Source: an uncultured delta proteobacterium
GTDB lineage: Bacteria > Myxococcota_A > UBA9160 > SZUA-336
NCBI GenBank assembly: GCA_963704165.1
Contig: CAVPHD010000004.1
Location: forward strand, 1 to 64,000
DNA: 64,000 nucleotides
Direction of reading: 5' to 3'
Shown here: piece by piece, positions 31,216-40,936 of the stretch
Position numbering within the stretch: the first letter of the stretch is position 1
Layout of the letters: every line of letters begins with the position of its first letter
Position numbers and translations under genes: made by a program
The notes under the pieces: generated by a model
What the model was told of the DNA's origin: nothing
The model's input: only the letters and a program-made list of their open reading frames with translations
Databases searched by the model: none

Positions 31216-32223
31216 ATGAAGCTCGGACTCCAGCTCGGCTACTGGCAGGCCCAGCCGCCGACGAATCACGTCGCGCTCGCACAGGAAGCCGAGCGGCTCG
31301 GCTATGACTCCGTCTGGACCGCGGAAGCCTGGGGCTCGGACGCGTTCACGCCGCTGGCGTGGATCGGGGCGCAGACTTCGAAGATCAAGCTCGCCACCGG
31401 AATCGTGCAGATCTCGGCGCGCACGCCCGCGTCCACCGCGATGCACGCGCTCACGCTCGATCATCTCTCGCACGGTCGCCTGATTCTCGGGCTCGGCGTT
31501 TCCGGTCCGCAGGTCGTCGAGGGCTGGTACGGTCAGCCCTTCGACAAGCCGCTCGCGCGAACCCGCGAGTACGTCTCGATCATCCGCAAGATCCTGCGCC
31601 GAGAGGCGCCGGTTTCGAACGACGGACCGCACTACCCGCTTCCGTATCAGGGCGCGGGCGCGTGGGGGCTGGGAAAGCCGTTGCGTTCGATCGTGCACCC
31701 GCTTCGCGCGGATCTGCCCATCTACCTCGGCGCGGAGGGACCGAAGAACGTCGCGCTCGCGGCCGAGATCTGCGACGGCTGGACGCCGCTCTACTACTCG
31801 CCGTTCCGTCCGGAGGTCTACGCGGAATCCCTCGCCGGCGCCAAGCCGGGTTTCCAGATCGCGCAGGGTCTCGCGGTGAACGTCACGAGCGACATCGCGG
31901 CGGGTCTGGCGCCCGTGAAGGCGATGCTCGGCTTCTACATCGGCGGGATGGGCGCGAAGCAGCGCAACTTCCACAAGGAGCTGATGAGCCGGATGGGCTT
32001 CGAAGCCGAGGCGACGAAGATCCAGGACCTGTTTCTCGAGGGGAAGCGCGCGGAGGCGATCGCTTCGGTGCCGGACCAGTTCGCCGACGAGGTCTCTCTC
32101 GTCGGGCCGATCGAGCGCATCCGCGACCGGCTGCAGGCCTGGAAGAGGACGCCCGTCACCACGCTTCTCGTCGGGGCGCACGACCCGGCGGTGATGCGCA
32201 CGATGGCCGAGCTCGTGCTGTAG
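31216..32223 (+). CDS. LLM-class F420-dependent oxidoreductase (Rv3520c-like)
   Basis: AEAWGSDA, GLGVSGPQVVEGWYG, GAEGPKN, YIGGMG; AAAGGA RBS. Confidence 0.9.
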   Translation: MKLGLQLGYWQAQPPTNHVALAQEAERLGYDSVWTAEAWGSDAFTPLAWIGAQTSKIKLATGIVQISARTPASTAMHALTLDHLSHGRLILGLGVSGPQVVEGWYGQPFDKPLARTREYVSIIRKILRREAPVSNDGPHYPLPYQGAGAWGLGKPLRSIVHPLRADLPIYLGAEGPKNVALAAEICDGWTPLYYSPFRPEVYAESLAGAKPGFQIAQGLAVNVTSDIAAGLAPVKAMLGFYIGGMGAKQRNFHKELMSRMGFEAEATKIQDLFLEGKRAEAIASVPDQFADEVSLVGPIERIRDRLQAWKRTPVTTLLVGAHDPAVMRTMAELVL

Positions 32224-32230
32224 CCGCGAC

Positions 32231-32938
32231 GTGGAGAAACTCGTCTATCTGCTATGGAAGCGCGACTCCGACGGGGTCGAGCGTTTCCGCGAGCAGCTGC
32301 TCGAGACCGCGGCCCCGAAGCTTCTCTCGGACGGCGCGCTCGCGCTCGTCGCGAACGTCTCCGATCTGCACGGGCAGCTCGGTCCGCGCAACCCGCTGGT
32401 GGTCGGTGACGGCCGCGAGATCTCGGCGAGCGTCTCCGTCTGGCTCGATTCGCTGGACGCGCGGCTCGCGCTCGAAGCGACGCTCTCCGGTGTCGCATCG
32501 CGCGTTCACGGCTACTCGGTCACGGAGTCGGTGCCGTTGCGCTGCCCCGATCGCGACTGGGCCGACGGCGAGCGCAGCCCCGGCGTCACCCTCTGGACCG
32601 CGTTCCCCAAGCCCGAGCGGCTCAGCGACGCGGAGTTCTTCGCGCACTGGTACGGCTCGCACACGCCGCTCTCGTTCGAGATCCATCCGCTCTGGCAGTA
32701 CGTGCGGAACGCCGTCGTGCGGCCGCTCACGCCCGGCTCGAAGCCGTTCCGCGCGATCGTAGAGGAACGCTTCCGGTCGCTCGAAGAGATCCTCGACCTG
32801 AAGCACTTCTTCGGGGGCGACCTCGCGAACATCAAGCGGGTGACGGACGACCTGGCGGCCTTCACCGAGATGGCGACGATGAACACGACACCGATGAGCG
32901 AGTTCATCGTGAAGAGCGAGCCGTGGATTTCGATCTGA
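32231..32938 (+). CDS. EthD-domain protein
   Basis: FFAHWYGSHTPL, YVRNAV, AIVEE. Confidence 0.75.
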   Translation: MEKLVYLLWKRDSDGVERFREQLLETAAPKLLSDGALALVANVSDLHGQLGPRNPLVVGDGREISASVSVWLDSLDARLALEATLSGVASRVHGYSVTESVPLRCPDRDWADGERSPGVTLWTAFPKPERLSDAEFFAHWYGSHTPLSFEIHPLWQYVRNAVVRPLTPGSKPFRAIVEERFRSLEEILDLKHFFGGDLANIKRVTDDLAAFTEMATMNTTPMSEFIVKSEPWISI

Positions 32939-32969
32939 GGCGCGGCGTTTCCGCGCGGAGGGTTCACCG

Positions 32970-34061
32970 ATGAGTGACCTGGCGCAACGGTGGGCCGCGC
33001 TTCGGGCTCGCTTGCCGGAACAGCTGATCGCGCGCTCGCTGGCCGACGTGAAGGTCGTGCGGCTGCCCGCGAACGTTCCACCCTGGACCGACATCGACGT
33101 CCGCGCCGCGAAGGGCGACGAGATCACGATTCTCGCCGAGGGGCGCGCGATCGTCTCGGTCGAAGCCGGTCTGACGTCGCGACCGCGCTACGCGCTCTGG
33201 GCGCGGCTCGGCGGACGCGGTCCGATCTGGACCGGCACGCGCGACACGCAGAGTTTCCGCTGCGACCGCGACGGAGCGCTCGAGCTCGCGATCTACAACG
33301 GCGAGTGGAAGTCGCCCGACGGTGTGCTCGCGACTCCGACCGAGGCGTACGCGGGTCTCACGGGCGCGATCGATGCGCTCGTGCTTCACTGGCGCGGCGA
33401 GGCGCGCGACGGACTCGAGGCGCTTGCGCGAGCTGCGCCCGGGGAGCCGCTCATCGAGGCGGAACTCGCGCGCTTGGCGGCCCCGGCCGTGCGCCCCGCG
33501 GGCTGGAACTACCTGTGGTTCCTCGGCCAGAGCGACACCTTCCGCGCGCACCGTCCGCGCGACGGACAATCCTGCATCGCCTGCGTGACCGACGACGACG
33601 TCGCGATCCTGCGTCGGCCCGTTTCGCTACCTCTCGGTCCCGACACGGAGATCCGCTGGCGCTGGCGCGTCGCCTCGCTCCCCTCGAGTCGGCCCGAAGA
33701 CAGTCTTCTGTGTCACGACTACCTCTCGGTCGCGGTCGAGTTCGACAACGGCCGCGATCTGTCCTGGTACTGGAGCTCGACGCTCCCGACCGGGACGCAC
33801 TTCGCGTGTCCGATTCCGCAGTGGAACCCGCGCGAGACGCATCTCGTCGTGCGCTCGGGTGCGGAAGGTCTCGGGGCGTGGCAGACCGAGCAGCGCGACG
33901 TCCTCGCCGATTACGCCCGGACGATGGGTGAGCCGCCCGCGCGGATCGTCGCGGTCTGGCTGATCGCGGTGAGCATGTTCCAGCACGGTCGCGGCGAAGC
34001 CGAGTTCGCCGACATCGTGCTGTCTTCCGCCGGCGAACGCGTGGAGATCGCGGGCCGGTGA
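32970..34061 (+). CDS. DUF3047-domain protein
   Basis: WRWRV, HDYLSVAVEF, WYWS, VVRSG, W.TEQRDV.ADY. Confidence 0.75.
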   Translation: MSDLAQRWAALRARLPEQLIARSLADVKVVRLPANVPPWTDIDVRAAKGDEITILAEGRAIVSVEAGLTSRPRYALWARLGGRGPIWTGTRDTQSFRCDRDGALELAIYNGEWKSPDGVLATPTEAYAGLTGAIDALVLHWRGEARDGLEALARAAPGEPLIEAELARLAAPAVRPAGWNYLWFLGQSDTFRAHRPRDGQSCIACVTDDDVAILRRPVSLPLGPDTEIRWRWRVASLPSSRPEDSLLCHDYLSVAVEFDNGRDLSWYWSSTLPTGTHFACPIPQWNPRETHLVVRSGAEGLGAWQTEQRDVLADYARTMGEPPARIVAVWLIAVSMFQHGRGEAEFADIVLSSAGERVEIAGR

Positions 34062-35074
34062 GTCGGATCGATGTGCGCGACCTCGCGCCGGCGGATCTCG
34101 AGTCCGCTTCGCGGCTGCTCTCGACGCGTCTCTCGCACGCGCACGCGCTTTCGGAGAATCCCGGCTTCGCGGCGCGCGACACGGCGGAGTGTCGGAAGTC
34201 GCTCGAGAAGCTCGCTTCGGGAAAGTACGCGCGCGGCGCGATCGCAACGGCGGCGGGCGAGCCGGTCGGCTTCCTGTTCGCGGAGCGGAACCTGACCGCT
34301 CCGGACTCGCCGCAGGCCTACTTCAGCCCGGCGTTCTCGGTCGCGAGTCCGCTCCAGGGCCACGCCGTGGCCCCGGACCGGAACCCCGGCGCGATCTACC
34401 GCGCGCTCTACGCGCACCTCGCCGGCGACCTCGTGCGGGACGGATTCCTCGATTTCGGCGTCGGCGTGCTCGCTTCCGAGCACGAGGCCCACGACGCGTG
34501 GGTGAATCTGGGCTTCGGACGTCACTTCACGCTGGCCTTGCGAGGCGTCGAGCCCCTCGCCGAGCCGTCGCGCGGCGACGTCGAGATCCGCGAGGCGACG
34601 GAGAAGGAGCTTCCCGACGTCTTCGCGTTGCTGGCCGAGCAGCGGGCATTCCACGCCCGTGCTCCGATGTTCCTGCCCGACCTGCGCATCCTCCATGGCC
34701 CGCAGGAGGAGATGGCGCGCTCGATGTTCGGGCAGCCGCGCTGCCCGATCTTCATCGCCTGGCGCGATCGCGAAGCGCTCGGCATGCAGCTCTTCGCACC
34801 GCGCGCGTTCGTTTCCTGGCCGGTGCGCGACGAGGGGACGGTCTACCTCTTCCACGGCGTGGTTCGCGAGCGGGAGCGCGGCTCGGGCGTCGGCGCTTCG
34901 CTGCTCGAGCACTCGCTGGCCTGGATGCGCCGTGAAGGCGTGACCCGCTGCGGGTTACACTACCTGTCCGCGAACCCGTCCGGCTCGGTCTTCTGGACGA
35001 GACACGGATTCCGGCCGGCCGAGCACTACCTTCACCGCGCGGTCGATGCACGCATGGCATGGAGTGCCCGGTGA
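34058..35074 (+). CDS. GNAT N-acetyltransferase (tandem domains)
   Basis: ERGSGVG acetyl-CoA motif, N.....FW...GF; second W...GF in the N-terminal half. Confidence 0.8.
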   Translation: MSRIDVRDLAPADLESASRLLSTRLSHAHALSENPGFAARDTAECRKSLEKLASGKYARGAIATAAGEPVGFLFAERNLTAPDSPQAYFSPAFSVASPLQGHAVAPDRNPGAIYRALYAHLAGDLVRDGFLDFGVGVLASEHEAHDAWVNLGFGRHFTLALRGVEPLAEPSRGDVEIREATEKELPDVFALLAEQRAFHARAPMFLPDLRILHGPQEEMARSMFGQPRCPIFIAWRDREALGMQLFAPRAFVSWPVRDEGTVYLFHGVVRERERGSGVGASLLEHSLAWMRREGVTRCGLHYLSANPSGSVFWTRHGFRPAEHYLHRAVDARMAWSAR

Positions 35075-38000
35075 ACGAACGCGCGACCCACCGCTTCGGC
35101 AAGTTCGTCGTGCGTCAGCGCCACGCGATCGCTCTGCTCCTGGCGCTCGCGACGCTCTTCTTCCTGTACCCGACCGTGAACGCGGTCTCGACCGGGCTCG
35201 GGCGAAAGCTTCCCGGGCCGACCGTTCGGATCGGCAGCGACGCGCGCGCCCAGCTCCCCGATCACGCCTTCATTCACGCGCAGAACAAGTTCGCGGGCGA
35301 GTTCGGCAACTCGACGCTCGTCGCGATCTCGCTCGTGGTCGAAGACGGCACGATCTGGACGCCCGAGGCGCTCGCGAAGATCGACGCGATCACGAAGTCG
35401 CTCGATGGCTGGGACTACGACGCCCGCACGGACGAGCGCAAGCACGCGCGCGCGGAGCTCGAGCAGGCGGGCCGGCTCGGACGCGAAGAGATCCGCGCCG
35501 AGCTCGATCGCCGCTTCCCGCCGTACCCGGTGAACCACGACCACGTCCGATCGATCACGCACATGTCGGCGCGCGTCGTGCAGATGGAGAAGGACGGCAC
35601 GATCACGGCGGAGCTTCTGATGGAGGATCCGCCCGAGACGCAGGAGGATGCGGACGAGACCCGCCGGCGCGCGCTCGAGCTGATGCCGGACCAGATGCTC
35701 CGGATGCTCGTGTCCCGCGACGAGAAGGCGGCGCTGATCACCGCCGGCTTCGTCACGCACAGGCTGAACGGGCTCGAGGTGTATCGGGCGGTCTTCGATC
35801 ACCTGCGGGCGCTGCAGGAGCGCGAGCAGGACGATCGGCACCGTGTCTACGTGACCGGCGCGCCGCTCGCGGTCGGCTATCTGATCTCGCACGCCTGGCA
35901 GCTGGTGCTCTCGGTCGTGGCCGCGGTGCTGGCGATCTTCGCTCTGCTCTGGGCGTACTTCCGCCGCTGGCACGGCGTGCTGATCCCGATGATCGCGGCG
36001 GCGGTGACGGTGATCTGGGGCACGGGCTTCACCGGCTGGGCGGGAATCGCATTCGACCCGCTCGTGATCGTGATTCCGATGCTGATCACCGCGCGCGCCG
36101 TCTCGCACACGGTGCAGATGGCCGAGCGGTTCTTCGAGGACTACGAGCGGCTCTATCCACTCTACCAGGACCGCGAGCGCGCGAAGCTCGAGGCCGCGGC
36201 CGTCGCGATGGGCGAGCTGGTCGTGCCGGGAACGCTCGGCATCCTGACCGACGTCGCGGGTCTGCTCGTGATCCTCGTGACCACGATCCCGCAGATGCGC
36301 GACCTCGGCATCTTCGGCGCGTTCTGGGTCGCGTCGATCGTCGCCACCGTCGAGATCCTGCACCCGATTCTGATCTGCTTCCTGCCCGCACCGAAGGAGT
36401 TCCGGCACTACACGCCCGCGTTGATGACGCGCTACGTCGGCTGGGTCGCCGATTTCGTCACGCATCCGCGCGGGCGTTGGATCGTCGCGGGCACGTTCGC
36501 CTTGGTCTTCGTCGTCTCGGGCTGGGCGACGCTGCGCTGGTCCACGATCGGCGAGGCGCGTCCGGGCATTCCGCTCTTCTGGCCGGATCATCCGTTCAAC
36601 GTCGCGACGGGGGTGATCGGCGAGAAGTTCGGCGGCGCCGACGCGCTGGTGATCTACGCCGAGGGCGACCGCGACGAATCGGCGGGGGAGTCCGAGGTGC
36701 TGAACAAGATGCAGGACCTCGAGCGCGAGCTGCGCGCGAAGACCGGCGCGGTCGCCGTGATCTCACCGGTTCCGCTCGTGCGCGCGGCGAACCGCTCGTT
36801 CCGCTACGGCGAGCCGAAGCAGGAGATCATTCCCGAGAACGCACGCGCGCTGCTGATCTTCCTGCGCTTCAACAGCCCACCCGGTGCGCTCTCGTCGATC
36901 GTCACGGCCAACGGCCGCGCCTCGACGCTGACGGCGATCTATCCCGATCACAAGGGCGAGACGATTCGACGCGCGGTGGAGGTATCCGAGGACTTCATCG
37001 CGAAGAACCCGATGGGTGCGATCTCGATCCGGCTCGCCGAGAACCACGCCGGTCCGGACGACGTCTGGTGGAAGCCCGAGCGGGTGAAGGATTTCGTCTA
37101 CTACATGCTCGGCCCGCTCCTCCCCGCGCGCGCACACACGCTGCGCGTGCTGCGGAAGGAAGACGGCGAGTACGTGCCCTTCGAGGTCAAGACCGTCGCG
37201 CGCGATGGCGCACCCGAGTGGCTCGAGGAGTTTCGCGCCGCGGCGCACGCGAAGTACGCGAAGGAGGCGAGCTCACGCCGCCCGGGCCGCATGTTCAACT
37301 GGCCCGCTGAGCTCGAGGACTGGCAGGCCTCCGACGTCGATCAGTGGTTCGAGAACGAGAAGCTGCGGATCCGCGCGGTGGCCGTCCACACGAAGGATCT
37401 TCTGGTCCAGGATCGGAAGTCGCAGGGATCCGCGCCGACCTACCAGCCGACGCAGCAGTGGACGCGCGGCGTGCAGCTGGTCATGGCCGGCGGTCCGCTC
37501 GGCATGCTCGCCGCCGTGAACGACGAGGTCGAGCGCGGCCACCTCGCGAACATCTCGCTGATCCTGTTCGTGATCTTCGTGCTGCACTCCGTCACCTATC
37601 GCTCGACGATCTCGGGCGGGATCATCTTCCTGCAGCTCGCCACGGCGACGCTGCTCTCGCTCGCGTTCATGGCCGTGCGCGGCGTGGGTCTGAACATCAA
37701 CACGTTGCCGGTGCAGGCGGTCGGCGTCGGAATCGGCGTCGACTACGCGATCTACATCGTCGATCGCATCCGTCAGGAGCTCGCGGTTCGGGGGAACCTG
37801 GAGGAAGCGATCCGCGCATCGGTGCGGACGACGGGCATGGCGGTGACGTTCACCGGCACCACGGTGGTGGGCGGGATCGGCTTCTGGGTCCTCTCGGACC
37901 TGCGGTTCCAGGCCGAGATGGCGCAGCTTCTGATCGTGCTGATGGCGATCAACATGCTGGCCGCGGTCACGTTGGTGCCGGCGCTGTACGCGATTCTGCG

Positions 38001-38079
38001 TCCTGGCGTTCCGCGTTCGCGAGGGAATCGGGAATCGACATCTGGAGCGGCCGAGTCGGCCGTGGAGGAGGCGGCATGA
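35071..38079 (+). CDS. MMPL/HAE3 RND transporter, enlarged (about 1002 aa)
   Basis: ARAVSHTVQ, GILTD.AG, GIGVDYAIY, FQAEM. Confidence 0.9.
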   Translation: MNERATHRFGKFVVRQRHAIALLLALATLFFLYPTVNAVSTGLGRKLPGPTVRIGSDARAQLPDHAFIHAQNKFAGEFGNSTLVAISLVVEDGTIWTPEALAKIDAITKSLDGWDYDARTDERKHARAELEQAGRLGREEIRAELDRRFPPYPVNHDHVRSITHMSARVVQMEKDGTITAELLMEDPPETQEDADETRRRALELMPDQMLRMLVSRDEKAALITAGFVTHRLNGLEVYRAVFDHLRALQEREQDDRHRVYVTGAPLAVGYLISHAWQLVLSVVAAVLAIFALLWAYFRRWHGVLIPMIAAAVTVIWGTGFTGWAGIAFDPLVIVIPMLITARAVSHTVQMAERFFEDYERLYPLYQDRERAKLEAAAVAMGELVVPGTLGILTDVAGLLVILVTTIPQMRDLGIFGAFWVASIVATVEILHPILICFLPAPKEFRHYTPALMTRYVGWVADFVTHPRGRWIVAGTFALVFVVSGWATLRWSTIGEARPGIPLFWPDHPFNVATGVIGEKFGGADALVIYAEGDRDESAGESEVLNKMQDLERELRAKTGAVAVISPVPLVRAANRSFRYGEPKQEIIPENARALLIFLRFNSPPGALSSIVTANGRASTLTAIYPDHKGETIRRAVEVSEDFIAKNPMGAISIRLAENHAGPDDVWWKPERVKDFVYYMLGPLLPARAHTLRVLRKEDGEYVPFEVKTVARDGAPEWLEEFRAAAHAKYAKEASSRRPGRMFNWPAELEDWQASDVDQWFENEKLRIRAVAVHTKDLLVQDRKSQGSAPTYQPTQQWTRGVQLVMAGGPLGMLAAVNDEVERGHLANISLILFVIFVLHSVTYRSTISGGIIFLQLATATLLSLAFMAVRGVGLNINTLPVQAVGVGIGVDYAIYIVDRIRQELAVRGNLEEAIRASVRTTGMAVTFTGTTVVGGIGFWVLSDLRFQAEMAQLLIVLMAINMLAAVTLVPALYAILRPGVPRSRGNRESTSGAAESAVEEAA

Positions 38080-38903
38080 GGCTTTCGGGGAAGATCGCGA
38101 TCGTGACGGGTGGCGCGCGGGGGATCGGTGCGGGAATCGCACGTTGTCTCGCGGCCGACGGTGCGAAGGTCGGAATCGTCGACATCGACGGTGCGGAGGC
38201 CGAGAAGACGGCGGCCTCGCTCGGCGTCGCCGCGCTCGGTGTCGCGGCGGACGTTTCGGACGAGCGCGCGATCGCGGACGCGACCGCGCGCATCCACGCG
38301 GAGCTCGGCGGGCTCGACATCTTCGTGAACAACGCGGGCGCGGGGACCGGCGTGATCCGGCCGGAGGAGATCCCGACCGGGCCGGGGCTCGAGAACCTTC
38401 CGCAGGCCTCCTGGGATTCGCAGCTCGCGAACAACCTGCGGACGACGTTCGCGGGCTGCAAGGCCGCGATCCCGCGACTGCGCGCGCGCGGGGGCGGCGC
38501 GATCGTGAACATCGCCTCGATCGCGGCGCTGGTGCCCTCGCCGCAGCTCGCCGCCTACGGCGCCGCGAAGGCGGGCGTCGTGCACCTCTCGAAGTCGCTC
38601 GCGCTCGAGCTCGGTCCCTCGAACATCCGCGTGAACGCGATCTGTCCGGGCTTCCTCTGGACGCGCGCCTGGGAGGGGCTGGCGACGGTGATGAAGCTGA
38701 CCCGGCCGGAGTACCGCGACATGGAGCCGCGGCAGATCTTCCTCGCTGCGGTGAAGCAGGCCGCGCCGCTCGGCCGCGAGCAGACGCCCGAGGACATCGG
38801 CAAGCTCGTCTGTTTTCTCGCGAGCGACGACGCGATCAACATCACCGGACAGGAGATCAAGGTCGACGGCGGCATCACGCTGCGGACCGGCGCCGGAGTC
38901 TGA
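38076..38903 (+). CDS. SDR oxidoreductase
   Basis: TGGARGIG, NNAG, YGAAK. Confidence 0.9.
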   Translation: MRLSGKIAIVTGGARGIGAGIARCLAADGAKVGIVDIDGAEAEKTAASLGVAALGVAADVSDERAIADATARIHAELGGLDIFVNNAGAGTGVIRPEEIPTGPGLENLPQASWDSQLANNLRTTFAGCKAAIPRLRARGGGAIVNIASIAALVPSPQLAAYGAAKAGVVHLSKSLALELGPSNIRVNAICPGFLWTRAWEGLATVMKLTRPEYRDMEPRQIFLAAVKQAAPLGREQTPEDIGKLVCFLASDDAINITGQEIKVDGGITLRTGAGV

Positions 38904-40838
38904 TCAGAACAGCGCGAGCTGATCGGTTTCGGGGCGGCGGAAGGCGGCGGTGTTGAGCGTCGGGCCCGATGCTTCCATTCCGCTTCGACGGCGCGCGAGC
39001 GCGACGAGCTCTGCGATCTGCCCGGCCCAGATCCCGGTTCCGCGGTGGCGGAGGCCGAAGCGCGACTCGTTCGACTTCCCGCCGCGCAGATCCGCGAGCC
39101 GGTGCAGGATCTTCTCGCGCCGGTCCGGTTCGTGATCTTCGAGCCACTGCGCGAACAGGTCCTTCACCGCCCAGGGCAGACGCAGGAGCTGCCAGCCCGC
39201 CCACGCTGCGCCCGACGCGCCGGCCGCGGCGACGAGCGCGGGGATCTCGTGCTCGGTCAGCCCCGGGACGATCGGTGCCAGGTTCACGCCGACGGGAATT
39301 CCCGCGCGGGCCAGCTGCTCGATCGCCCAGAGCCGCGCGCGAGGTTGCGCGGCGCGCGGCTCCATCCGGCGCGCGAGCTCGGGGTCGAGCGTGGTGAGCG
39401 AGATCGTCACCGACACCGCATCGTGTCGGGCGAGCTCCTGCAGCACGTCGCCGTCCCGCACGATCAGCCGGCTCTTGGTGATGATCGCGCAGGGATTTCG
39501 GAAGTCCGCGAGCACTTCGAGCGATCGCCGCGTGATCCGCAGCTTCCGCTCGATCGGCTGGTAGGCGTCGGTCACGCCCGAGATGCCGATCGGCTGCGGC
39601 TTCCAGCTCTTCGCGGACAGCGCTCCGCGCAGAAGCTCGGGCAGTTCGTGCTTCACCAGGATTCGCGTCTCGAAGTCGAGGCCGGCCGAGTAGCCGAGGT
39701 ATTCGTGGGTCGGTCTCGCGTAGCAGTTGTGCGTCGCAAGGCCCGCGGCGAAGAACGTGCCGGTGGAGGTCTGGATGTCGACCACGTCGAGATCGCCTTC
39801 GCGCACGATCGCGTGAATTCGCTCCGGTGAGGTCGGTGGCACGTGCCCGAAGAGCGACTCGCGATGCCGCGCCGCGGCGGGCGCGACCGTCGAGACGAAG
39901 CGCAGTCGCTCGGCGCCGGAACCCACGCGGCCGGGATCGAAGCCGAGCGACCGCGCATAGCCGTGCGCGCGAGCGCTCGCTTCTCCGCGTCCGCTCGCGT
40001 CGAGGTGCCCCGCGAGGAATCCGCGGCGGTAGCCGCGGCTCGAGCGCTCGACGTCGATCAGCTTGAAGAGGATCGCGAGGCTCGCGAGCGAGCGGACCTC
40101 GAGCGTCGAAGCCGGAAGAACGGAAACGGAGACGCCGAATCCCGCGAGGCAGGCGACGAGTCGCGCGCGCGTTTCGCGGTCGGGAAGCGCGATGCGGTAA
40201 TACGCCTTCCTCGGATCGAAGCGATGGCCCCGGCCGAGCGAGAGCCCGGCGACGTAACCGGCTCGGTAGTCGTCGTCGATCGGCTCCGCGATCACGACCG
40301 GCAGGTGCCGCAACGTCGCTCCGACCTCGAGCTGATCCGTGCGCGACCAGCGGAATCCCCGAGCGCGCAGCCAGCGGTGCTCGGCCGTGGTCACGACCTC
40401 CGCGTGCTCGGTCACGAGCCGAACGCCGGGCTTGCGCGCGGACCAGACGGCCAGAACGGAAGACGGCCGCAGCTTCCATCTCGAGCCCGGACGCGGAACC
40501 TCGTCGAAGCCCGCGAGCACGTCCCCGCGCTTCACCTCCCCGAGCGGTCGCCACGCGAGATCGGCGTAGAGCACGGGCGTGTCGGGCGCGAGGCAGTAGA
40601 TGCAGCCGTGCTCGCAGCCGCGGTACGGATTGATCCCCACCTCGAAGCCGACATCCGGACTCTGGTTTCGCGACAGCGCGCTGCGCGAAGCGTCCGCGAT
40701 GAAGCGGGTGCGCGGATCGGGGGTCTCGTCGTCCGCAAAACCGCTCGCGGGATCGGGCTCGAAGCGCGCGGTCTCGAACCGGTTCGGGAGCGTCTGATTC
40801 GTGCCCCGTCCGCGGATCGGCTCCCGAAACTGCGCCAC
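38904..40838 (-). CDS. PA0069/Rv2578c-family radical SAM protein (SPL-like), intein-containing
   Basis: INPYRGCEHGCIY-[intein]-CYARPTHEY, TDAYQP.E, LARRMEP, APIVPG. Confidence 0.9.
   Translation of the reverse strand: MAQFREPIRGRGTNQTLPNRFETARFEPDPASGFADDETPDPRTRFIADASRSALSRNQSPDVGFEVGINPYRGCEHGCIYCLAPDTPVLYADLAWRPLGEVKRGDVLAGFDEVPRPGSRWKLRPSSVLAVWSARKPGVRLVTEHAEVVTTAEHRWLRARGFRWSRTDQLEVGATLRHLPVVIAEPIDDDYRAGYVAGLSLGRGHRFDPRKAYYRIALPDRETRARLVACLAGFGVSVSVLPASTLEVRSLASLAILFKLIDVERSSRGYRRGFLAGHLDASGRGEASARAHGYARSLGFDPGRVGSGAERLRFVSTVAPAAARHRESLFGHVPPTSPERIHAIVREGDLDVVDIQTSTGTFFAAGLATHNCYARPTHEYLGYSAGLDFETRILVKHELPELLRGALSAKSWKPQPIGISGVTDAYQPIERKLRITRRSLEVLADFRNPCAIITKSRLIVRDGDVLQELARHDAVSVTISLTTLDPELARRMEPRAAQPRARLWAIEQLARAGIPVGVNLAPIVPGLTEHEIPALVAAAGASGAAWAGWQLLRLPWAVKDLFAQWLEDHEPDRREKILHRLADLRGGKSNESRFGLRHRGTGIWAGQIAELVALARRRSGMEASGPTLNTAAFRRPETDQLALF
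39726..40595 (-). mobile_element. Intein, 290 aa, with degenerate LAGLIDADG endonuclease remnant
   Basis: Block A CLAPDTPV, block B TAEHRW, YVAGLSLG and FLAGHLDASG, block F DIQTSTGTF, block G HN followed by Cys+1. Confidence 0.92.
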
Positions 40839-40844
40839 GTTCGC

Positions 40845-40868
40845 AGCCTAGACGAAGAAAAAGCGAAT
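40845..40868 (-). promoter_or_regulatory. TAGGCT -10 box (leaderless start) with adjacent TTCG direct repeat of 11-bp period
   Basis: Minus strand ATTCGCTTTTTCTTCGTC-TAGGCT-6 nt-GTG; no RBS. Confidence 0.45.
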
Positions 40869-40936
40869 ATCCAGCCGGTCCGGCAAGTGCCCGTCTTCGC
40901 TGATAGGATCAGCCTTCGATCCAAAGGAGATCCACG

